Shown piece by piece: positions 36,730 to 46,203 of a stretch of 64,000 nt of DNA. Source of the DNA: Cyanidioschyzon merolae (taxonomy: Eukaryota); assembly GCA_000091205.1 (NCBI GenBank), contig AP006496.2; one strand, 5' to 3'. Both the position numbers and the translations under genes were made by a program. The notes below the pieces were generated by a model. That model did not search any database, was not told the origin of the DNA, and worked only from the letters and a program-made list of their open reading frames with translations. Every line of letters begins with the position of its first letter. Position 1 is the stretch's first letter.

Positions 36730-37100
36730 CCGCTGGAACAGATACTGCACGGAGACAGAACGGCTTTGCTATACCGCTGAGGGTATCGGGCTGAGGCGTG
36801 GTTGGCGCGATACCGGGTCGGAGTACACCGTAACTCTGGGATCGCTCGAGCAGAGACTGCACGGAGACAGAACGGCTTTGCTATACCGCTGAGGGTATCG
36901 GGCTGAGGCGTGGTTGCCGCGATACCGGGTCGGAGTACATCGTAACTCTGGGATCGCTCGAGCAGATACTGCACGGAGACAGAACGGCTTTGCTATACCG
37001 CTGAGGGTATCGGGCTGAGGCGTGGTTGCCGCGATACCGGGTCGGATTACACCGTAACTCTGGAATCCTGCAAGCTGTGCAGAGAGACGTACTGCGGTCG
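36730..37100. repeat. Tandem repeat, ~112-bp unit, ~3.3 copies
   Basis: The unit actgcacggagacagaacggctttgctataccgctgagggtatcgggctgaggcgtggttgccgcgataccgggtcggagtaca(c/t)cgtaactctgggatcgctcgagcaga recurs at 36743, 36856 and 36968. A degenerate fourth start follows. Confidence 0.9.
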
Positions 37101-39030
37101 GTAGCACGTGGCGGCTTCGGTTTGTGTGCCTTGCTGAATGTTAGGTTCAGGATCTTTTGCAACGAGGTGGCGCATCTCGAGGTACGATCGATGCGCACCT
37201 GGTCCTGTCAATGTCACAAACCGCGAATCAGACTTTCGTCAAAGGTTAACAGTTCGCTGACGTGACCCTCAGGGTACCGGGCGTATAGTGTGCGCTCGCG
37301 GAGAGCGCCGCTGAGGATGCTGCGTTGATATACAGCAACTTCACCACGTCCAGGAGAACGTCGGCAGGGAGTCGAGATATTCGATGCGTCTGCTGCAACG
37401 TATGGCACATGACCCTGGATGAACAGCCGTGCATGTGCATCGCATGACTTCTGTGGGGTTTCTTGCGAGATACGTCGATCAGTTGGTCAGAGTCCGGGGC
37501 CACAGCTGTTTCTTCAGATCGATCACAAGTAAAGAATGAGTTCGGTAATACGTCGCCGCTCCGAGGGCGCGATATGCGCATGCCCTGAGTCACGGGGTAT
37601 GGCGGATCGGCGAGAACGTCAGTGCTGCTCGCTTGTACCCTACCAAGCGGAACAAATCGACACAAACGAGCTATTTTGTTGTCATGATACCTCGAAGATC
37701 CGGCAGACGGACCACGAACCTGAAGTGCAGTGTTTCTGCATATGCAACGCAAGAGCGCCAGCGCCGGGTTCCGTGTCCGGAAGATGTGCGCAGCCTCGTT
37801 GAACCCGAACCCAGGTTGTTTTGAGAGCGAACCCCAAGTTGATTTGCAGCAGCCGCAACGATCGTCGCATGCTTCTTGTTCGTTTCTGACCGACGTGACT
37901 GCATCCAGCGCGCGGAGATGAGCAAGTATTCAGGCCTGCCGAGCGTTCGAGGAAAATCCAGAGTCCTAAGCTGCATGGACAAAGCAACTGCATCTGCCAC
38001 GTAGCCACGGCACTGTAGCGTCAACAATTGCGATGCACCGGAGGCTTCTCCGCATGCAATCGCAGGGATCGTGAGCCTTGTTCGCTGCTGTATAGCAGGA
38101 ACTTGATTCAACTCGCAGTCGTGCAGCATCCATCGCATCTCCAAATGCTTTGTTCGCGAGACTTGCGGATATAACGCTCGCTGCGCAGCGTTCTTGAATA
38201 TGATCGCTGACGGCTTCATATGCGGAGCAAAAACCTGCTAGGCACATCTGGGCAAAATTACCGTGACGACGGCATCTCGGCGCCTCGAGCTCCGGATCCG
38301 ACGTACGCCGCTACGGTGCACATGCACGAGATCTCGCTCGCGAAAGTAGTGTGATCCTTTTTTCGTATCATTTGCCACCTAAAATAGCAGTTTGTGATCA
38401 GTCTCGGAGGTTCGGGTCAGATATGAGAGCACGTACACGCTCCGAATAGCACCGTTTCATTGCCTTGGGGATTCCAGCGTCCAGTGCTTCGCCTGGCGTG
38501 CGTCATTGCTGTGACGCTCGAACGCCCAGCGCACCGGCAGACGCACATCGCACCAGTGTGCCGAGCATTCGCGCTGATTCCGGAGACAGATTTATAAACG
38601 GAGCCTTTAAATCGAGTCAACAATCCCCAGTCCTAACTTTCATTGAACAGGCTCCATGCTGTACCTGGTTGTTCATGCAGTGTAAGCGCGTGCTCGAGCG
38701 AACGAGTCATGAAAAGGTCTGGCAGTCGAGCGCATGCCCGTACGCAACAGATGGTGTGCATATGACTCGATGCAGAGCGCACTCGAGCGCATGTCGAGCT
38801 GTGCCCAGCACGCTGTCTATCCCTGGATTCGCGAACGGTACGCTTGAATTACGATCCGTTCAGCTGCAAAAGGCACATACCTCGGACATCCGGTTCTCGA
38901 TAGAGATATCGCAAGCTGGAGATGGTTTGCATGGTGCCGGAGAATGAAATCCGTTCTTATCGCACAGGCATACACCGATGCGCCGTTTCTGCAACATAGC
39001 GTCATACCAGAAAGGCAAAAGCTTCGTGCA

Positions 39031-39250
39031 CAGAGCAGACAAACGACACTGATTGCGCTGCATCGTTGCTAAGAGTGATGCTATGCTATGCGGCGGTATA
39101 CGCCATGACCTGAGCATCTCGTGCGTTTTCTGAGGTATGCACCAAGCAAACAGACGGCACTGTTTGCGCTGCATCCTTACTAAGAGTGATGCTATGCTAT
39201 GCGGCGGTATACGCCATGACCTGATCATCTCTTGTCTCTGCCTCTGAGGC
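39031..39250. repeat. Tandem duplication, ~111-bp unit, 2 copies
   Basis: The string cactg(a/t)ttgcgctgcatc(g/c)tt(g/a)ctaagagtgatgctatgctatgcggcggtatacgccatgacctga(g/t)catctc occurs twice (taagagtg at 39070 and 39181). The minus-strand translation shows the duplicated peptide RSWRIPPHSIASLL. Confidence 0.9.
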
Positions 39251-39308
39251 GCTCGTCACTGTATGCATCCTCAGGAAAATCAACGGGAGCAGGAGCCAGC
39301 CCGCTCGT

Positions 39309-39941
39309 CTATTCGCGTACTTCGATGCAACGACGCGGACGAGGCCGCTCCGGAGGTGCTGGTAAAGGCTCCTGCTCGAGTTCTGGTGCAACCACTATTT
39401 CGTTGGGCTCAGGAACAAGTTCTGCCGGTTGCGATGTTTCCTCTTTCTGTTTGGACTCGTGGCCAAAGCGTTCGCGAAAAAAGCGGACAACATCATCCAT
39501 GCTCTGCCTCAGGTCCTTTCGAAGCGATGACGGGCGTGTATCCTTTGCCCAGGGCACATAGCGACCAAACCCTTGACCAACACCGACACAGCCGAACCCT
39601 ATGCCTACGCCGCAACCCGTGAACGCCCTCGGTGCCTGGATGCCGTAGCGACGCACGCTCTCAAACGACCAACCAAGCGCTAGCAAACAACAGCCGGTGC
39701 CACAGCCGAGAATCGCTACACCGGCCGGAGGCAAAAAAGATGGCAGTTGCACCGCCGCAACTGCAGCGTGCTTCCAAGCGCTCGCACCCGAAAGCCGCCG
39801 CCGTGCACCAGTCCCTGTGCCAAGCGTCCAGCTTGGAGGTGCGTGCGGCTCCACCCAGGTCGACCGAAGCACGCTCGAACCAGCGTCCAACTGGTAGTTC
39901 AAGCTCCTCGCGAAACAGTTAAGTCCACACGCTTGTTCCAT
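39309..39941 (-). CDS. Hypothetical membrane protein with glycine-zipper motif
   Basis: 210-aa ORF with ATG at 39941. It has hydrophobic Gly-rich segments (GVAILGCGTGCCLLALG and GCGVGIGFGCVGVGQGFG) and an acidic, Pro-rich C-terminus. A GxGxGxG motif occurs in Mic10-type proteins, but I cannot support homology. Confidence 0.35.
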   Translation of the reverse strand: MEQACGLNCFARSLNYQLDAGSSVLRSTWVEPHAPPSWTLGTGTGARRRLSGASAWKHAAVAAVQLPSFLPPAGVAILGCGTGCCLLALGWSFESVRRYGIQAPRAFTGCGVGIGFGCVGVGQGFGRYVPWAKDTRPSSLRKDLRQSMDDVVRFFRERFGHESKQKEETSQPAELVPEPNEIVVAPELEQEPLPAPPERPRPRRCIEVRE

Positions 39942-41170
39942 AAAGGCTTAGACACAGGAGAATAAGTTATTGAAAGCAAAGCCAAGTGCAAAGGTGCTGT
40001 GGCTCTGCACCACCCCGGCATCGGTGCTTCGCGTTCCCGCCAGCACCTGCGCCGGAAGATTCTTCGCATTCGCCGGAGGCTCAGCACCGGCAACCCTTGT
40101 GCGGTACCAGAGCGCAGGCGTCGCTCAGTATAGAGGCGCCACGGCGGATGCTGAAGGTAGACTTTGCGAAACGTAGATCGTACGCAGTGACCAGCATCTC
40201 CGAGATACGTTTGGGTAGATGCTGGTGGTTCCCGGAACGCACACTGCGGAATGATCATGCCATCCCAGATGACGATATCCATCGTGGAATCTAAGATCCC
40301 TGGTGCATGTCACTCTATGCTGTCGATCAGAAACGAATTGCTATCATGGGCTGTAGAACGCGCCCGCACGACACGGGCGATGCCGCACGGTCTTTAGGTA
40401 GCACCCGTTGCCGTTTTGCAGGAGGCTTCTGTGAAACCAAAAGTTACTGCAGGCTCGGTACCCGCGGGGTTCCTGGAACGGGATAGGTTACCGCCCCAGC
40501 AGATGTAGCTCAAGCGGTAGAAGCACGCAGTCACTACAGACAAGACGAGATGCTTGAAAGTTGGAGGTTCACGCGTCCAAGGCGGTCCACTGGGGTACCA
40601 GACATGTGAAATCCGCTGGTGTTGAACCGAATTTGCGGTATCTCGGGGAAGCCCATGTATCCTCCATGTACGCTCATACAATTGGGCGCACGGATAATGC
40701 GATCGTTTCATCGCCATTGCAATATACAAGAAGCGGAGGGAATCTATCATCCGGTATCTTGGTTGCTCACACAGCTCGACACTGAGGTTAGATGCAACAT
40801 GCTCGGATGGTGCGCTTTGCAAAAGCATACCTGCAGCGGGTCTACGTCTCCCTAGATGAACACTGCACTGAAATTGCGGGACAGAAGCGTCCGCTGAACA
40901 TACCCGGTCTATACTTCGACATTTGGCAGCGTTTGCGCTTCCACGCGCGTCTATTTAGGGTCAGTAATCCAGCGTCTTCATCAAATGACGAGATCGGTAA
41001 AGACTACTAACCGCTAGAGCGGTTGTGTCGCATGACCTCATCCCGCGACAATGGATATCGATCCATGATATGGGCACTCATGTCAGAATCAAGTAGAAAA
41101 TGATCCACTTTGGTGAATCAGGTGTCCAGTCTAAAGTTTGGGTCTCGTCCCGCATTCATGAACCATGGCC

Positions 41171-42443
41171 TTTGGGGGCTTTTTTTTCTCGGCGACAGCT
41201 TCCAGTCGTTCTCTTCTTTACATCAAGATCAGTTTTCAGCAGTCGAGGGATGGATGTTGATGGCAGCGTTCAACGCCCGAATTCCCTGCTTTCCGCTACG
41301 TTCTATTCATTGAGCCGACAGACGCTACATGCGATCTACGCTTCGCATACGATACTCTTTTCTTCTGTATACAGCCTCGGTGCGCACGTCGCACCGTTGA
41401 CAAATGAATGCACAGGGGCGCTCCCATGCGCCCACGAGACGCGCTACTTACGGACAGCCGCTTTGTGGCGCTTGGACGTTGGCGTCATCGCCCGTTACAC
41501 ACCCTTGGCGCGATAAACAAGGCTGACCCAGAAATGCCCTCCGCAGTTTCCGCACCCGGTGTTGTGTCGCAGGTGCACGGGCTTGGTCTGTGCGATGCCC
41601 TCAGCGCATGCCCTCTGAACCGCACGCGCAAGAGCAAGCAGCACCACTCGATACAGGGTTTGCGGGACGCTTTCTTCCACGTCTTGAGACCAGTACCAGA
41701 CCGAACATCTAGACTTGAGAGCAGGTCGAGAAAATGCGATCCGTCTACGCCCCCGTTCATGGAAAGCGATGGCGGTCGTACCGCCAAATGCGATCGCATC
41801 GATGACTCAAGCGCGAGTCCAAGACCCTTTGCTGGCAAACAGATGAGCCGCCAGCCCCTGAGTGCATACCCCCTGAGAGGCACCGTGCCGCTGCCGTCGG
41901 ATGCCGAATGACATGTCGTCGACGGCCACCAAGAGCGGAGGGTATGTGTTTCGAGCTGAATCTGTTGCTTGATGAGACAGGTTCAGTGAACTTTCGGCAT
42001 GAGCGTCTGGGAAAGTCTCCAAAGCTGATGTAGAGTTTTTCCCCGTCGTCGTCCATCCAGCGGCGATGCCTGCTGCGCCCTCGTGCTGCCTTGAAGCAGA
42101 ACCATCGAAAACTTGAAGAATTCGGTATCTGAGCGTGCTGCAGGCAAGGAATGTTGAAACGCAGAGTCCGCATCGTATGATTCGGATAGTGCTCCCGTTC
42201 ACGTTACGAAGCGTAGATCGAGGGCGTCGACACTCCCCTTGTACCGTGCACATAACGATTTCCAGCGGCAAGGAGTCGAACGAGCCACTCGGAAAACTCG
42301 ACCGAGAACCCGGATTCAATGAATGCATCTGATAGCGCTCAATGCGGCATATCTACTGCCAACGCTCTACATCTACAAAGCAAGACTGAGAATGCAATCG
42401 CAAGGCAGCAATTGATCGAACGGTTCAGTGCTCCATTTTTATG
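41171..42443 (-). mobile_element. Repeat family P, copy A (1.27 kb): decayed Ty1/copia-like RT-RNase H remnant, sense on minus strand
   Basis: It is the reverse complement of 44168..45440 (paired coordinates sum to 86611; 173-aa and 167-aa translations appear on opposite strands). The repeat status is certain. The copia assignment is tentative (about 0.4); see copy B. Confidence 0.7.
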
Positions 42444-44167
42444 GTGGCAGGTGTATAGAGTCTAGGATATGGTTTAAGGCGCAATATGGATGACGAAATG
42501 TAACGGATTGTCGCGGCATGAAGAGAAAATTTTAGATGTACGAGTATTCATGAAGCCAAGACTGTACTCATCTGACGAGCCGCTGCAAGCGACACAGTAC
42601 AAGTAACGCTGATCATTTTGACGATAGTGGACATTTTTCTTGTTGTGCATTGTGTACAACCTGGCGCATAAGCAGCGCGCGCTCTCCAGCAGTGGCTCTG
42701 CACCGCGACCGCAACTACCTCGTGTATTACACAATTCCCGCAACAGAGTACGCTCACCATCGACATGATCCGTCTCTAGTTGCGCGCTTACGGCGTTACA
42801 AGTTCCAGCTGGCGGCTATTCTGACACTATCGGGAAGTGCTCTGGTTGCAGACGGAGAACCGGAACCAGCGCGACGAAAGAGCTGCAGTCGAACCGCAAT
42901 TCTCTGATGCAAAGGTTCACAGAATGCTTCGTTCGTGATGCAGCGTGGAGAGAAGCAGTGCGCTCCCTCCATTGCCCCAAGTTCCTTTTCGTGAACTGAC
43001 CCGCAGGCACTACGGGCATCTTCCTGATACCGCCAGTCCGTTTATTGTTGCTGCTCGGGCAACTTGAAGTGCTAGACGGTTTCTGCTAGAAAACCCGCCA
43101 AAAAGCTTGCTATACGGCGTTTACATATGAATCTGCCTAGTAACCCTAGTCGTCCGGCGTTCTCGCTGGCCGAGGAGAACGTTGTCACTTCGGAATGCAG
43201 ATGCTGGCGCGACATCCTCGGCGCGATGCATTGCTGCCCAGAGAGTTCCACAATCGAATTTGTCTGTTTCGTGTCTGCCACAGCATGTGGAATACAAATG
43301 TTTGCCGAACAGAAGATTGAAAGTTCTCCAACAGGTCCGGTCGCTGCAGTGTGCAACGCCTGCGGAGGCGCTCCCGCGTTCGAGGTTATTTATTCAGAGG
43401 GTTTCAGGCACTCACGGTTTAAAAGCATGAACCAGACCCGATCGCACAACGGCTCGTACGATAGCTGTCGCTGTGTCGTCTTCGATACGCCGTGGCGAGG
43501 CACTGGCAAAGCTACCTCTCCATCAGTCCCTGGTGTGGCGCTGAGCTCGTGGCCCCAGGCTCTGAAGGTCTGGGGGCCCTTGGCTTCGCTGCAAGCGCGA
43601 GTTTTCCGTAAACAATGTTCGTAAAACTCTTCCAAAGCCTCACACAGACCACGATTCGATTCGTGCACGCCCATACCGTCAGTGCACCCGGCGTCAGGCG
43701 TGTCGTAAAGGTAACACTGGAGCCCGCTCGTTGCCCTGTTTGGAGGACGCTTGTGTGCTGTGTTGCAACTTGCTCGCCGAGCCACAGTCGTTCGCTAAAC
43801 GCACCAATTACACCATGTTAATCTCAAGTCCGAGTAGAGCACTGTTCGAAACGTCCTCTTTATGCCAGAGTCGAGAATGGCTCTTATTCGCAAACGGTCT
43901 GAAAGAAATAATGCGGCGGGTGTGCGGCGTCGCCCGTGTTCATCGAATATCCTGCATCGAGTTGGTGCTGCCAGGAGGATATTGTCGTGAATATCGATCA
44001 ACATTCATCCAAGACGCATGTACCTCCGGAGGGAAATATGGAGAGTAGTGGTTCGAACTTGAATCTACAGAGCGGTATCATGGATGCTCACGCTGAAACC
44101 GATAACCGTCACAGAATCAGGGCTCCCTGCTTTATGTCAATATTCTTCGACACTACACTGGCGACGG

Positions 44168-45440
44168 CATAAAAATGGAGCACTGAACCGTTCGATCAAT
44201 TGCTGCCTTGCGATTGCATTCTCAGTCTTGCTTTGTAGATGTAGAGCGTTGGCAGTAGATATGCCGCATTGAGCGCTATCAGATGCATTCATTGAATCCG
44301 GGTTCTCGGTCGAGTTTTCCGAGTGGCTCGTTCGACTCCTTGCCGCTGGAAATCGTTATGTGCACGGTACAAGGGGAGTGTCGACGCCCTCGATCTACGC
44401 TTCGTAACGTGAACGGGAGCACTATCCGAATCATACGATGCGGACTCTGCGTTTCAACATTCCTTGCCTGCAGCACGCTCAGATACCGAATTCTTCAAGT
44501 TTTCGATGGTTCTGCTTCAAGGCAGCACGAGGGCGCAGCAGGCATCGCCGCTGGATGGACGACGACGGGGAAAAACTCTACATCAGCTTTGGAGACTTTC
44601 CCAGACGCTCATGCCGAGAGTTCACTGAACCTGTCTCATCAAGCAACAGATTCAGCTCGAAACACATACCCTCCGCTCTTGGTGGCCGTCGACGACATGT
44701 CATTCGGCATCCGACGGCAGCGGCACGGTGCCTCTCAGGGGGTATGCACTCAGGGGCTGGCGGCTCATCTGTTTGCCAGCAAAGGGTCTTGGACTCGCGC
44801 TTGAGTCATCGATGCGATCGCATTTGGCGGTACGACCGCCATCGCTTTCCATGAACGGGGGCGTAGACGGATCGCATTTTCTCGACCTGCTCTCAAGTCT
44901 AGATGTTCGGTCTGGTACTGGTCTCAAGACGTGGAAGAAAGCGTCCCGCAAACCCTGTATCGAGTGGTGCTGCTTGCTCTTGCGCGTGCGGTTCAGAGGG
45001 CATGCGCTGAGGGCATCGCACAGACCAAGCCCGTGCACCTGCGACACAACACCGGGTGCGGAAACGGCGGAGGGCATTTCTGGGTCAGCCTTGTTTATCG
45101 CGCCAAGGGTGTGTAACGGGCGATGACGCCAGCGTCCAAGCGCCACAAAGCGGCTGTCCGTAAGTAGCGCGTCTCGTGGGCGCATGGGAGCGCCCCTGTG
45201 CATTCATTTGTCAACGGTGCGACGTGCGCACCGAGGCTGTATACAGAAGAAAAGAGTATCGTATGCGAAGCGTAGATCGCATGTAGCGTCTGTCGGCTCA
45301 ATGAATAGAACGTAGCGGAAAGCAGGGAATTCGGGCGTTGAACGCTGCCATCAACATCCATCCCTCGACTGCTGAAAACTGATCTTGAAGTAAAGAAGAG
45401 AACGGCTGGAAGCTGTCGCCGAGAAAAAAAAGCCCCCCAA
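44168..45440 (+). mobile_element. Repeat family P, copy B: decayed Ty1/copia-like RT-RNase H remnant
   Basis: Reading across three frames in order gives GKTLHQLWRLSQ (cf KSLYGLKQ), PPLLVAVDDMSFG (cf LLLYVDDMLI), LPAKGLGLA (cf FEMKDLGEA), SLSMN..HFLDLLSSLDV (cf LSQ..YI..LL.RFGM), YRVVLLALARAV, and HFWVSLVYRAKGV (cf HW.A.KRILRYLKGT). Order and spacing fit an RVT_2-type RT followed by RNase H, but frameshifts and stops are present. Confidence 0.7.
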
Positions 45441-46203
45441 TAGCTTGGCCTGATCACAATGGATATCCATCCTCCCTTTATCGTTTACGCCTGTATTAGC
45501 AGAGTCGACTTTTTTGAGTCAATGCTAAGATGAATCTTGTACATGTGCCAGACTTTACAAAGTGCATCTGTTCCATTTCTTGCTGATACGGGCACAACAG
45601 AAACAGCGTCCATGTCCAGCCATTATTCGTAAATTCACCATTGTTCAAGGCTACACACTGTGAAAGTGATGCCAATCAGAGCAATCCACAAGCGCTCGAT
45701 GCTCACATCACTGCACGTCTATACATCTATATTCTGTACAAAGAGCGCCACCCGATCCAGTCCGTTCGGTCTCAGCGTCCGCATCAGCACCCAACACAAT
45801 GCCGCTGGAGCTTCCTGCGAGCTGGATCCGCTCCGTTCACCAGTGCGAAACTGCGTCTAGCATGCACCACTTCTATGTAGTCGCGTGTTATGATGCACGC
45901 GAGCGCTGCGTATGCATCCCGGAATACAAAGCGCGCATCCATGGCCAGCCGCGCACCTAGGAAATCACGAGAGCATCGGTGCCGCATCATCATCATCATC
46001 ATCATCACGAGAACAACAATAACAACAAGTACGAGGCGGGTGCGTTTTCGCCAGCATTTCGAGGTTGTGTCGCCTGTGCTGTGCACTTGGATCGCGCGCT
46101 TGCCTTGCACTCCATGGATAGATGATGACCGATACACCCTTTTGTGCAAGTACTACTCGAATATCGATACCAGGGTGCCTTCTGCGCAGACTCGCGAGCG
46201 TGG

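Noticed and set aside
36730-37100. 112-bp tandem repeat as a CRISPR array or as 5S rRNA-like units
   Set aside because: The units abut with no unique spacers, and the context is eukaryotic, so it is not CRISPR. The reverse complement contains GATCCCA and ACTCCGA, and the forward strand contains GATACCGGGT, all reminiscent of 5S rRNA. However, the spacing is wrong, and the conserved 5S helices and internal control regions cannot be reconstructed.
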